Shown: piece by piece, positions 28,757 through 39,353 of the stretch
Layout: every line of letters starts with the position of its first letter
Numbering within the stretch: the stretch's first letter is position 1
DNA from: an uncultured virus (IMG/VR IMGVR_UViG_3300044634_002018)
Lineage: Duplodnaviria; Heunggongvirae; Uroviricota; Caudoviricetes
Virus record (IMG/VR): IMGVR_UViG_3300044634_002018
Direction: 5' to 3' (one strand)
Length of the DNA stretch: 64,000 bases
Notes under the pieces: generated by a model
The model's database searches: none
The model's input: only the letters and a program-made list of their open reading frames with translations
What the model was told of the DNA's origin: nothing
Position numbers and translations under genes: made by a program

Positions 28757-31700
28757 TGAAAAAATACCAAGCAGGAGGCTCGAATATTCAAATGCTGGGG
28801 AATATTAAATTTGATTCTAACAAAGCAAGAAAAGGCAATGCAGGACAATTTATTGTAAAAGATGAAATTACTGGTAAAGACTTTGGTGTTGTTAGAAAAA
28901 AAGATGGTACTTACGATTGGTATCAAGATCCTGCTTTGGACAAAAACCCGATAAAAGCAGCATCTAATTTTTTAACCAATTACTACGATTCCCCAAAAGC
29001 AAAAGAAAGACACGAAAAATCTTTTCCTAAAGTTCTAATAGATGAAGTAGATCAAGCATTAACATCTCCTAATTTTAAAAGTGCTAATTACTCAGACTAT
29101 AAAATCAAAGATGTAGCAGAACTTGACTGGAAAGATAAATTAAGAAAAGATTGGATAGAAAATGGGACTTCTTACAATGTAATAGAAGACCAAATTCTTA
29201 TTAACACAAAAGAAGACAGTGCAGGTACAGTAGCGCATGAAATAAGCCATTTATTAAACAAAGGTAAAAGAGAAATGAGCAAGAGGGATCAGGCTATTTT
29301 TCAGAAACTAAAATCTAATCCAAAAGGAATGCACGATGCTAGTCACGATGACACTCCAACTGAGTACAAAGCAGATGTGGATGCAGTAAGATTTTTGTTG
29401 TACAGAAATGGTATTTATGATGCTAATACAGAAGACTTTACAAAAGAACATCTTGAAAAAGCAAAAGAAAAACTAAAAGGAGATTTTCTTTTTGATAGGT
29501 TGCTGCAAAATACAAAAGATGAAAATAGTGTTATAGACGCTCTGAATTTTTTTTCCAGCACTCAAAAAAACTCTATGGGCCAGTACGGGAAAGAAGGAGG
29601 AATTTCAAAACTGGGTTACAAGAAAAACTCTCCTTATAAGGATAGAAAGTTTCTTGATATAAACTTCCCATTAATCACAACCAAAGATATGGCATTTCCA
29701 ATACTTGCAGTAAGTGACCAAGGAGATGCAAAAATATTACAACCAAACACAGGTATGCACAAATTCAAAGGAAATAAAGTAAGAGAATATAAACTACAAT
29801 CTGGTGGTGTAGATCCGGGTGCAAACCTTTTAAACTTTATGGACAAAAGAAGCCAAAGACAAAGAGTTGAAGACGGTAATTTTCCATCTGACACTACTGG
29901 TTATGTAGGGAGTAACCAATATTATTTGGACATGGAAGCAGGTAAAGTGCCTCACGTAGCAGATATGTTATTCTTTGGTGATATACCCCGTAACCCTTCT
30001 GGAAAATCTAAATCAAAAGACAGGTTTAGAGAAAAACAAGAAGGTGGTGAAATGCAAACTTATTTAAGTGGGTTAAGTCCAGAAGAACAAGATGCTTTTT
30101 TAGACCAGTACGAACAAGTATTTCAAGATGGTGGTCAACTGCAAGTGCCTGTTTCAATATCCAATGCAGAATTAGAAAAAGGAGAAACTGTGCTTGGGCT
30201 AGATGGTGCTTTAAAACACGTAGATGGTAAAAGACACAGTTCTGGTGGTACTCCTGTTATCCTTGAAAACGGAGAAAAAGTATTCTCTGATTATCTGGTT
30301 GTCCCAGAAGAACTCCAAAAAATACTGGGTGTAAAAAAGAAAACTACCTTTGCACAGGCTTCTAAAAAGTACGACACTAAAAAGGAGTTCAAAGTATTGG
30401 AAGATTCTAAAGACCCTTATGCTAGGGAGACGGCAAAGTTTTCTTTAAACAATAAACTAGCCATGTTAGAGACTGTATTTCAAGGTCAAGAAAGTTTGAA
30501 AGACCAAAAACAAGTAGGCAGAAAACTTCAAACATCTTATCAAAAAGGTGGTAAATACCAAGAGGGTAAATACTTTAACCATTCAGGAATTTCAGACAGA
30601 TTTGAGACTTTGCCTGATGGTAAATTGTATGACCCTGTTACTAAGAACTTCTACAAAAGAGAAAGTGATGGTAACTATACTAAAGTTTATTCTGCGCCTG
30701 TACAAGAATCTTCTTATAGAGGTCCAGAATTCCCTCTAGTTGGGAATACGCCTGAAACTAAAACTGGTTATCAATTAGGAACCAAGGATAAATTTCCAAG
30801 CATGAGAACTCAGCCTGTTACGGAAAACTGGGACAATGGTTACAGAGGTCCTCAATTTCCTATTGCTGGGCCTACTCAAGTCTCTCAACCAACTCAATCA
30901 GTTGTTGAACCTGTTCAGCCAATTGCTCAACCTACTACGCCTGTTCAAAAAGCAAGGACAGCAAGAAAATTGTCAGGTAATTCAATAAAACCAGTAACTC
31001 AGCCCAATGCTCCAGTTATTACACCAAGAACAGGGTTTAAGCCTACTTATTCTGAACAGATGCCCACACCTGCTGAACTTGCAGAATTAGGCTCTGATAC
31101 ATTTCAGGAAAAAATGCCCTATCTACCTAACCCTAATGGAGTAGATGAAAGGACTGTTACATTCAATGAACCTACTTCTAGTGACCCAAAAATAGAGGCT
31201 AGACAAAGTTGGTTTGCACGAAACAAAGACAAATTTGGAATCAACTCCAAACTTGCAGGAACTATATTAGACATAGGAGTAGTACTTTCTGATAACTTAC
31301 AAATAGACAATCCGATATTGTATGACCACCAAAAGCAGCCTTTGTTTAATCGGTTTTATGATTATGATAACAAGGAAACTCAAAGAGTGGCTCAGACTCA
31401 AATTAATGGGATTATGAACTCCAATTTACCTGAGAGTGTTAAACAGGCTCGCATAGCAGAAGTTACTGCACAGTCTCAAAGTAATCAATCACAGGTTGAT
31501 TTTAACAATGCTCAAAGGTATGACCAGAAACAGAGTGCTGATTTGAACAAATTACAAGGGTATCAAGATTCAAACATAGATGCTCGTATAAATGACATAG
31601 ACAATTACAGACAAAGAAAAGCACGTGTCGAAGACCTTAAAGCACGATTTAAGAATAACCAAAAAGAAGCCATAGTAGGGTCTGTTAAGAACTATTTAGG

Positions 31701-31944
31701 ATACGCTGATGAACTTAGAGTAGCAAATGAATTGAGTCCTTATTTTGAAACAAGTGCTATTACTGGTAGAACTAAATATAAGCCTCAAAGCACCTCTAAT
31801 TTAAAGAGTAATGTTTTAGACCAGTTTGCTCAATCGGACCAAACCACACAAAATCTCCCCAATGGGGCCAGTTTAGTAAAACAGGGCAACATGGTTATTC
31901 TAGTAAGTGCAGATGGTTCTGCAAAACAAATAGACATAAAATAA
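28756..31944 (+). CDS. Large virion cargo protein with repeated QxGG motifs and a zincin domain
   Basis: AHEISH at 29236-29250 plus downstream E; NAELEKGETV...GKRHSSGG...VFSD motif; Pro/Gln-rich linker; C-terminal coiled coil. Confidence 0.7.
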   Translation: MKKYQAGGSNIQMLGNIKFDSNKARKGNAGQFIVKDEITGKDFGVVRKKDGTYDWYQDPALDKNPIKAASNFLTNYYDSPKAKERHEKSFPKVLIDEVDQALTSPNFKSANYSDYKIKDVAELDWKDKLRKDWIENGTSYNVIEDQILINTKEDSAGTVAHEISHLLNKGKREMSKRDQAIFQKLKSNPKGMHDASHDDTPTEYKADVDAVRFLLYRNGIYDANTEDFTKEHLEKAKEKLKGDFLFDRLLQNTKDENSVIDALNFFSSTQKNSMGQYGKEGGISKLGYKKNSPYKDRKFLDINFPLITTKDMAFPILAVSDQGDAKILQPNTGMHKFKGNKVREYKLQSGGVDPGANLLNFMDKRSQRQRVEDGNFPSDTTGYVGSNQYYLDMEAGKVPHVADMLFFGDIPRNPSGKSKSKDRFREKQEGGEMQTYLSGLSPEEQDAFLDQYEQVFQDGGQLQVPVSISNAELEKGETVLGLDGALKHVDGKRHSSGGTPVILENGEKVFSDYLVVPEELQKILGVKKKTTFAQASKKYDTKKEFKVLEDSKDPYARETAKFSLNNKLAMLETVFQGQESLKDQKQVGRKLQTSYQKGGKYQEGKYFNHSGISDRFETLPDGKLYDPVTKNFYKRESDGNYTKVYSAPVQESSYRGPEFPLVGNTPETKTGYQLGTKDKFPSMRTQPVTENWDNGYRGPQFPIAGPTQVSQPTQSVVEPVQPIAQPTTPVQKARTARKLSGNSIKPVTQPNAPVITPRTGFKPTYSEQMPTPAELAELGSDTFQEKMPYLPNPNGVDERTVTFNEPTSSDPKIEARQSWFARNKDKFGINSKLAGTILDIGVVLSDNLQIDNPILYDHQKQPLFNRFYDYDNKETQRVAQTQINGIMNSNLPESVKQARIAEVTAQSQSNQSQVDFNNAQRYDQKQSADLNKLQGYQDSNIDARINDIDNYRQRKARVEDLKARFKNNQKEAIVGSVKNYLGYADELRVANELSPYFETSAITGRTKYKPQSTSNLKSNVLDQFAQSDQTTQNLPNGASLVKQGNMVILVSADGSAKQIDIK

Positions 31945-34532
31945 TGTATATAAACGAATATAGCCAAGGAGTACTGCCTCAATACCAGAAGTCAAATTAT
32001 GACTTGAATCTTGAGATGGCCATACTCTCAAAGAAGAATCAAGAACAAGCCAATGCTTTAAACACGGTTAATCAACTCCAAAACAGGAGTCTTAACATTT
32101 CTATGCTTAATCTTGAGGGAGCAGAAAGACTTGCTGAGTACAATAAGCAATTATCTGCTGATCTTTCAGGGGATTTAGGGGATTTGACCATTATGGAAAA
32201 TCAAAACAAGGTGGCTGAATTGTTCCAAAAGATAAGCACTGACACTGAGTTAATTAAAGCAAGCCAACTCTCTAAACAATACCAGAAAGAATACAATGAT
32301 GTTCAGACCCTTAAAAATTCTGGAAGAAAAGACAATGGGTACAATGACATAAATGAGTTTGTGTGGATGAACTGGGATGGAGGTTATTACGATTTTATGC
32401 AAAAAGGCTTGTCTCAGGTGACTGATCCTAACTTTAGGAAATCTAGTTACACTCCTTACAAAGATTTAAAGGTTCCTCTTGCAAACCTGAGTAAATTATT
32501 ACACGCAGACTACGTAAGCAATGATAGACAGTCTGTGGATGAAAAAAACAGTCCTACTGGATACTTAACTAAACACATCTATGAAGGAGTCTCACCGGAG
32601 AGGGTTAAGGCATTGTATGATGAACAATTTGGTGCTGATGACATCTCACAGTTGGAGGTTTTGAGTAAATACGAGATTCTAAAGGCTGGTGACAAAGGTT
32701 ATCTTTATGACCAATATAAGTCAGTAGCAGATGCTGAAAACCGTGTAGAAACTGCAAGAATTTCAGAAATTTCTCAACGGATTCTGTTCAACAACGAAAA
32801 ATTAAAAACTGTTCTCAAACCAGAGGAAGAGGCACAATTAATTAAAGAGAACGAATTGTACAAAAACAACCTCCAAATCCTAGAGTCAAATGTTGCAGGA
32901 AGAGCAAACGCGGAAAAAACTAAAGAAGATTTCTTGAAACTATCCAACAACGAAATGTTAGGTTATGTGTATCAGGTAAAAAAGGCTGAAAAAGTTAAAG
33001 ATGCTGTGAATGCTTTCTCGTGGAAAAAAGAAGTAAACGAGATAAACCCGGATGCTAATTATCTTGCCCAAAAAAAGATAGATGCTATGATGGCTCAAAC
33101 TAAATTCAGAGAAGACAGCCAGACTAATAGAATGTACATCAAACATAAGTTAGATCAAGAAGTAGCAGCAACTAAAGCATTAAAAGAAAAAGAAGGGAAA
33201 GAAGACCCTTCATTGTGGTCAGATGTAGCAGACATTTCTAAGAATGAACAAGAATTGCTGAGTGGGTTTAATCGCTTGGTAACTTTACAAGAAGAATATG
33301 CAAAGAAATCAGACAATATAATTGCTGCTCCTACTCTTGACAATAACACTATTAAGGCTGAAAATTGGAGGAATTTTTACGAAAAACACAAAGGGAATTA
33401 TTATGCGGATATGTGGGACATATTCCAGACTAACAAGAATTTGGCTTATGATGTAAACGGAAACCCTAATAAAGAAGCATTCAGAGTTTGGGAAATAGAA
33501 CAAAGAAACAACCCTAACTCTCTAACAGAGGCTTTGATTAAAAACAAATCAGACAATGATTACACCTCTGAATACTTAACAGAAGAGTTAGGAAAGATTA
33601 ATGGGGCACTCAGATCTGCAAAGACTGAGACTAAAAACATACTCCCATACGCAAGAACTGAAAATGGTGACCAATTAAGTGAAGCAGATTTTCTCTCAGG
33701 TAGAGAAGTATACATTAACGTACCAACTAGTCCTAAGATTAATGGCCAACCTTACACTGGAAATTACCAGAAGAAAAAACTGAGTGAATTATTGTTTGAT
33801 TTAAAGAAAGAAAGACAAACAGAAAGTATTGAAAGCCCTGCTGCTGGTGCTATGTATGGTGTTACTCCTCGTAGTAAAGTCACTGCAAAAACTTACTTAG
33901 ACAATGATGCTGGCTTAAAACAAGTCCTAAAAACTTATGCTGATTCTCAAGAAGACCCAGTATTAAAGTCTATGCTTGCAGACAAACTCCCACAGTATCA
34001 GCAGTTTGGTTATGTGCAAACAAGTTCTCCTGATGAAATAATCCCTTATCAGGGGCAGATTAGTGCTGCTACTAAGTTAGGATCGGACCAATTTAGGACT
34101 CTGTTTGGAGTTAGTGCCATTGAGTCAATAGCTATTCCTTCTGGTTCTGGTGATAAAGGTGTTGTAAAGTTCAAGAATGAGTACGCAAAACAACTGGATG
34201 ATGCAAACATAATGATGCCAACAAGAGATGGTAATGTGATGGAAAAAGTAGTACCGGGTAAAGCATATTTGTTTGAGACTCAACCCAAGGATGGTAGAAA
34301 TGTTATGATGAATACTGCTGCTAAATACAAACCTTACAAATCTAACTATTTAGGGTATATGTTTGAAATAACCCCATCTGCTAGTGGCACTAAAGTCATC
34401 AGGGTAACTAAACCTGATGGCACTGTAATTCCTGACAAATTTGGTGGAGACAATTCAACGGACATTAATGTGTTAATTAACAGCATTCAATCATTCATAA
34501 AAACAGATTACAATGCCACCAGAAAGCCTTAG
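31944..34532 (+). CDS. Virion cargo/ejection protein (coiled-coil rich)
   Basis: 862 aa, helical, coupled in the cargo operon, no Cys seen. Confidence 0.65.
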   Translation: MYINEYSQGVLPQYQKSNYDLNLEMAILSKKNQEQANALNTVNQLQNRSLNISMLNLEGAERLAEYNKQLSADLSGDLGDLTIMENQNKVAELFQKISTDTELIKASQLSKQYQKEYNDVQTLKNSGRKDNGYNDINEFVWMNWDGGYYDFMQKGLSQVTDPNFRKSSYTPYKDLKVPLANLSKLLHADYVSNDRQSVDEKNSPTGYLTKHIYEGVSPERVKALYDEQFGADDISQLEVLSKYEILKAGDKGYLYDQYKSVADAENRVETARISEISQRILFNNEKLKTVLKPEEEAQLIKENELYKNNLQILESNVAGRANAEKTKEDFLKLSNNEMLGYVYQVKKAEKVKDAVNAFSWKKEVNEINPDANYLAQKKIDAMMAQTKFREDSQTNRMYIKHKLDQEVAATKALKEKEGKEDPSLWSDVADISKNEQELLSGFNRLVTLQEEYAKKSDNIIAAPTLDNNTIKAENWRNFYEKHKGNYYADMWDIFQTNKNLAYDVNGNPNKEAFRVWEIEQRNNPNSLTEALIKNKSDNDYTSEYLTEELGKINGALRSAKTETKNILPYARTENGDQLSEADFLSGREVYINVPTSPKINGQPYTGNYQKKKLSELLFDLKKERQTESIESPAAGAMYGVTPRSKVTAKTYLDNDAGLKQVLKTYADSQEDPVLKSMLADKLPQYQQFGYVQTSSPDEIIPYQGQISAATKLGSDQFRTLFGVSAIESIAIPSGSGDKGVVKFKNEYAKQLDDANIMMPTRDGNVMEKVVPGKAYLFETQPKDGRNVMMNTAAKYKPYKSNYLGYMFEITPSASGTKVIRVTKPDGTVIPDKFGGDNSTDINVLINSIQSFIKTDYNATRKP

Positions 34533-37500
34533 TGAATTTATAGTGCCTCAATCCTCGGAGTTTGTTGAACCTCAAGAGATTCAACCTTCATTCTTGTTGC
34601 CTACTGTACCAGCGAGTGTAGTTAATTACACTCCTACACCTGCGGGGAAAGTAGCACCAGTTGTGGACAGTAGTAACCTCTTAGACACTTTCCTAAAAAA
34701 AGATTTAGGAGAAGCAAAAAAAGGTGCACCACTTTACGACTATAAGACTAAACAAGAAGAAAGGTACAGTAATCCTTTTATGCAGTTTACCCCAAATGTT
34801 CAAGGTTCTTTTAGCACTGAGGATGCTTATGGTAAAAAACAAGGAGCAGGTGAACAACTTTATAACTCGATTGTAAAAACAGGAGCAACAGCAGGAGCCA
34901 GTTTTATCTCAGGATTTACCAGTCTTCCCAAGCAGATTGATGCAATCAGAAACGGTTCAAACGAATTATTTACGGACAGTGCATTCTCCCAAACTCAAGA
35001 ATGGCTCAAGGATCTTGAAGACAAATACCCCAATTATCTTACTCAAGTAGAGACTGACCGATCATGGGTGGTAAATGCTTTTACACCTACTGGTGCTGCA
35101 AATTTTTGGGGAGATACTGTTTTAAAGAACATGGGGTTCACTGTGGGAGCACTTGCAAACGCAGTGGTAGTGGATGCTGGAATTTCCTTGTTAACAGCAG
35201 GAACAGCAACTCCTGTGGCTCTCATAGCAGCAGGAAAACAATTATCCAACGCAGTGAAGGGAATGAAGGCTGCTTACAGAGGATTGGCAAAAGGAGCAGT
35301 TCTAGGTAAGATAGATGATGTAGTAGGGCTTGCTACTTCTCAAGGAATCCTTGGAAGCCTAAACACCACCAATAAAGCATTTGGAATCAAAAAAGCAGCA
35401 CAGTTAACTGCTACTACTTACTTTTCTTCACAGGGAGAATCTATGATAGAAGGGTATCAAACTTATGTAGATACTAAAACTGACTTATTAGAAAAGGCTT
35501 ATCAGGAAGGAAAACCATTCACCAGTGAATTTTTAAAAGGAATAGATGACACTGCTTCTGCTGCTGGTAAAAATACTATGTTTTTAAACCTAGCCATTAC
35601 ATCTGCGAGTAACTTAGTCCAGTTTCCTAAATTATTGGGTTGGGCAAAAGGTGCAGATGTGCTAGAAAAAGCAAGTGCTGATTACGTAAAAATAGCAGGG
35701 TTAAAAGCCACAAATGAATGGTCAAAAAAGGCAGCGTATAAAGCACTGGCAAAAGATGTGTTTTTTAAAGGAATAGTATCTGAGGGACTAGAAGAGGGTT
35801 CTCAGTATTTTGTAGGAAACTCACTTCACGATTATTACTTGGACAAGTTTGACAAAAAGACTACCAAAGGTATGGCTGAATACCTTGCTAATGCAGTACC
35901 TAAGACTCTTCAAGAAGGGGATTTCTGGAAAGAAGTATTGATAGGTGGTTTAACAGGATCTATTAGTGGGGCAGTAATGCCCGGTGGTGAAATCCAAAAC
36001 AGTATTAAAAATAACATATTTGGGTCAGACAGACAGCAAGGAATCACTGACACTATGAACAAAGACCTAGATCTTTTTAGGGCTAGTGTTGGTGAATTGT
36101 CAAGCCTTGAAGACTCTCTTACGAATCAAAGCAGAACAGACCAGTTTCAAAATGCTTACAAGTCTCTTTACAGAACGGTGAGTAATGCTGCAAAATTTGG
36201 TAAGGTAGAAGACTTAAAGAGTTCTCTTGAGGACTTAAATGACCTTTCTCTTGAAGAATACAACAAAGCATTTTATCAAGACCCAACTCAAGGTTTAAAA
36301 TCTGACCTAGATAAATCTAAGGTAATAAATAAATTAATTACCGAAGTAGAACAAATTCAAGACGAGAAAATAGCCGTAGAAAAGTCTTTTAAAAGTAACC
36401 CTTTCTCTAACAGTAAGGTGAAGGATCTTTTAGTTAAGAAATTCAAAGTTGACCAAAGCAAAGTTTCAACAGTTCAACAGAAATTGTTTGAGGATTGGAA
36501 AGAAAATCAGAGTTATCTTCTAGGGAGACTTAGAAATACTCAAAGTGATGTATTTTCCCTCCAAGAAGAGATTAAACTAGGAAACAACAATCCTCAAGAT
36601 TCTGACATTACTTATGCTACTCTTGTGGCCTTGGGTGACAGGGACACCATAGGCAGTTATTTAGGATTTAAGAATCGCCAAATTGAGGCATTAAAGAACC
36701 AAAAAGACTATTACTCGGACTTGGGAGATACGTTAAGAGAAAAAGCAACAAGTAGGCAGTTACTAGATTTAGAGGTTCTTTACGAAAGAATCAGTCAAAA
36801 CCTAGACAACCCTGAAACTCTTCAACAGTTAATCCTAGAACACGAGTATGCAGGAACTGCCAGTGGTAGGTCACTTGAAGAAAAAATGAGACAACTTGAA
36901 GAGGCTAGGTTACAAGAAGAAATGATTAAGGCAACCCAAGAGGAGTTGATAAAAAATGCTGACAATCCAGAGCAATCTGCTACTGACATGGTGGAAACAC
37001 TCGCAGGTTTGGATGAAGCAGAACAAGCCAATAACCCCGACACAGAACCTATTGATTTTGGACCTCACCAGTATTATTTTCTCAGAACTCTTAATTCTGG
37101 GGACATAGTAAATTTTGGGGGTAAACTATACATTCTGGGAGACACTAGGGGGACTTTTATAGGAGGCAGAGAAGTTGGAAATGAGACCAATACTATTGTG
37201 TTTGGTCCAGATAATTACACTAACAATGGAATAACTTCAATTTATCAGTGGGAAATTACAAAAGTTGATGCACCAACACCTGCTGCACCCACACCTCCAA
37301 TTGTACAAGAACCTGTAAATGAGGGAGTAAGAGTAATGACAGATGAAGAGATAGAGGTGGATGCGTATGATGCTATGGTTAGAGACAAAGCACAAAAAGA
37401 GAAGATGAGGAAAGAAAACCAAGCGGAACTTGACGAATTAATCAAAGGTAAAGAACTGGTCAAAGAGCCTAAAAAAGACGGAGGAAGATACATAATCAAA

Positions 37501-38916
37501 GGAACTCTGGCTACTGCTGATGGTATTTCAATATGGACTTTAACAAACGGGAATTTGTTACAAGATAAGATCAAGTTAAACAGACCAGAAAGACACGAGT
37601 ATTATTCATTGGATGGAGAACCAGTTATAGAGAAGGAACCAGTTACAGACTTGTTAATACCAGAAAGTTTACCGGATTCAACCAGAGCGGAATCTGTTAC
37701 AAATTTTCCTATGACTTTTGTAACAGACTCTGCAAAATTGTTCAACGGGCAATTTGATGGTTTATCAAACGGTAATATTATAGTAAAACACAACGGAGTT
37801 ACTGGTGAATTTTATTTTGACCCCAATTCCGAAACAGAAGTATTTAGTTTCATAGACAGCCATCAAAATGTAGCGGAATTAAGGGGAACAGGAAGGCCCA
37901 AGAAAGGACAAGTACAAATTACTAAAGGTACTGTAAAAGTAAAAGATGGTAAAATTTACTTGGATAAGAAAATAGTACTTACTTGGGGAAGTGAACTTGA
38001 AAAGAAAGATGAAAAAAATAAAGAAATTAATTTGAGAGACTTGCCCGATTTTAACGGTCTTACCATAAGTAAAGATGCTTTTGCTGTTTTGGATTCTATT
38101 GACTTTGGAAACAAAGACAGTGTGGATGCAGGGATTTCAAGAATATTAGAAATAGTAAACAGTAAATTTATACCCAGTGAAAAGGTTGAACAAGTACTCA
38201 GTGTTAAAAGAAAACTAATTGGTAACAGTAATTACAAAACAAAAGACTATTTAGAAAAGTATATAATTCTAAGCACCAAAGATTTTACTGGAATAGATAT
38301 TAGTACTATTTTTAATACACAATCTGAACAAGAATCTACTTTGGAAGAAAAAGCAGGTATTGTTAATACAAGAAGGCAGGAATTATTTGAAACAGGAAGA
38401 ACAAGTTTTAATGATGGGTTTATACAAAACAATGGTCCAGCATACTATGCAAACATTGGTACTTTTACTAATACAAGCGTATACACTTTTGACACTTTTG
38501 AAATGGCACACAAGTTTTTATTAGGGTATCAGGATGTTTCTAACATAGCAGAGTTTGCAGACACAATTAGATACGGAAAAGATGGAGTAGAGGCTAGGAA
38601 AAAAGAAAAGCAAGAAAAAGAAATACAAAGGAAAGTAAAGGAACTCGAAGATGACAAAGCAAGATACTTGAGAAATATAGAGTTTGATTCCGAATATAAT
38701 AGTTTTATGACAATAGGAGCACGTAGTGCAAAAACTAAACAAGAACTTATAGATAAAATCAATGCTGAAATTGACTCTAAAATAGCAGAACTTTATGGAA
38801 AGCAAGAGGCCACTTTGGAAGAAAAAATAGATTTCTTTTCAAAAGATGCTAGTAATGAATTAAAACAAGTACTTTTGCAGTCAGTGCAAAATAACCTAAT
38901 AAATTTAGATTGTTAA
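34513..38916 (+). CDS. Giant ejected protein 1 with Gly/Ala-rich membrane-inserting region
   Basis: 1467 aa; hydrophobic segments MGFTVGALANAVVVDAGISLLTAGTATPVALIAAG and EVLIGGLTGSISGAV; SEGLEEGSQY motif; only Cys is the last residue. Confidence 0.75.
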   Translation: MPPESLSEFIVPQSSEFVEPQEIQPSFLLPTVPASVVNYTPTPAGKVAPVVDSSNLLDTFLKKDLGEAKKGAPLYDYKTKQEERYSNPFMQFTPNVQGSFSTEDAYGKKQGAGEQLYNSIVKTGATAGASFISGFTSLPKQIDAIRNGSNELFTDSAFSQTQEWLKDLEDKYPNYLTQVETDRSWVVNAFTPTGAANFWGDTVLKNMGFTVGALANAVVVDAGISLLTAGTATPVALIAAGKQLSNAVKGMKAAYRGLAKGAVLGKIDDVVGLATSQGILGSLNTTNKAFGIKKAAQLTATTYFSSQGESMIEGYQTYVDTKTDLLEKAYQEGKPFTSEFLKGIDDTASAAGKNTMFLNLAITSASNLVQFPKLLGWAKGADVLEKASADYVKIAGLKATNEWSKKAAYKALAKDVFFKGIVSEGLEEGSQYFVGNSLHDYYLDKFDKKTTKGMAEYLANAVPKTLQEGDFWKEVLIGGLTGSISGAVMPGGEIQNSIKNNIFGSDRQQGITDTMNKDLDLFRASVGELSSLEDSLTNQSRTDQFQNAYKSLYRTVSNAAKFGKVEDLKSSLEDLNDLSLEEYNKAFYQDPTQGLKSDLDKSKVINKLITEVEQIQDEKIAVEKSFKSNPFSNSKVKDLLVKKFKVDQSKVSTVQQKLFEDWKENQSYLLGRLRNTQSDVFSLQEEIKLGNNNPQDSDITYATLVALGDRDTIGSYLGFKNRQIEALKNQKDYYSDLGDTLREKATSRQLLDLEVLYERISQNLDNPETLQQLILEHEYAGTASGRSLEEKMRQLEEARLQEEMIKATQEELIKNADNPEQSATDMVETLAGLDEAEQANNPDTEPIDFGPHQYYFLRTLNSGDIVNFGGKLYILGDTRGTFIGGREVGNETNTIVFGPDNYTNNGITSIYQWEITKVDAPTPAAPTPPIVQEPVNEGVRVMTDEEIEVDAYDAMVRDKAQKEKMRKENQAELDELIKGKELVKEPKKDGGRYIIKGTLATADGISIWTLTNGNLLQDKIKLNRPERHEYYSLDGEPVIEKEPVTDLLIPESLPDSTRAESVTNFPMTFVTDSAKLFNGQFDGLSNGNIIVKHNGVTGEFYFDPNSETEVFSFIDSHQNVAELRGTGRPKKGQVQITKGTVKVKDGKIYLDKKIVLTWGSELEKKDEKNKEINLRDLPDFNGLTISKDAFAVLDSIDFGNKDSVDAGISRILEIVNSKFIPSEKVEQVLSVKRKLIGNSNYKTKDYLEKYIILSTKDFTGIDISTIFNTQSEQESTLEEKAGIVNTRRQELFETGRTSFNDGFIQNNGPAYYANIGTFTNTSVYTFDTFEMAHKFLLGYQDVSNIAEFADTIRYGKDGVEARKKEKQEKEIQRKVKELEDDKARYLRNIEFDSEYNSFMTIGARSAKTKQELIDKINAEIDSKIAELYGKQEATLEEKIDFFSKDASNELKQVLLQSVQNNLINLDC

Positions 38917-39353
38917 TGAATAAATTACTGGCTATACCAGATTTTCATTTTGTATTTACTGACAACGGATGGGAGTTACTGTCTAGTATAACTTTAGACA
39001 CTGTATTTCTAACGCTTTCTGAAAATAAGATAGTATGGCAAAAGCAAACTGTTTTTACAAAATTTCATTATTCAGGAGTGTTGGACAAAACCAAGATTAA
39101 AAAAACAGAACTTGCCACTGAGTTATCCTTACTAGAGCAGTGGGAAAATTATGTAGAATTTGACGAAGTAATCCGGTTAGAACCTACATCTACATTTTTT
39201 ACAAAAGGTTGTAAGCACTTTAAAACTCACCTCACAGACCACAAAATAGTTTCACAAGAAAAAATAAATTGGGAAGGAACTTTGTACAGTTTTAACTTTC
39301 CTACTTTAGCGAGTCCTTGTATTTCAAACAAAACAGAATATTTTATTTTATGA
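38916..39353 (+). CDS. Stand-alone degenerate Hint (intein-like) domain protein
   Basis: AIPDFHFVFTDNGWELLSSITLDTVFLTL..KIVWQK...FHYSG resembles intein block A; EKINWEGTLYSFNFP resembles block F; catalytic residues absent; TAATG and ATGA coupling on both sides. Confidence 0.55.
   Translation: MNKLLAIPDFHFVFTDNGWELLSSITLDTVFLTLSENKIVWQKQTVFTKFHYSGVLDKTKIKKTELATELSLLEQWENYVEFDEVIRLEPTSTFFTKGCKHFKTHLTDHKIVSQEKINWEGTLYSFNFPTLASPCISNKTEYFIL

Noticed and set aside
30715..30870. Duplicated decapeptide YRGPEFPLVG / YRGPQFPIAG
   Set aside because: A real local duplication in a low-complexity linker, but two copies give no basis for a functional claim
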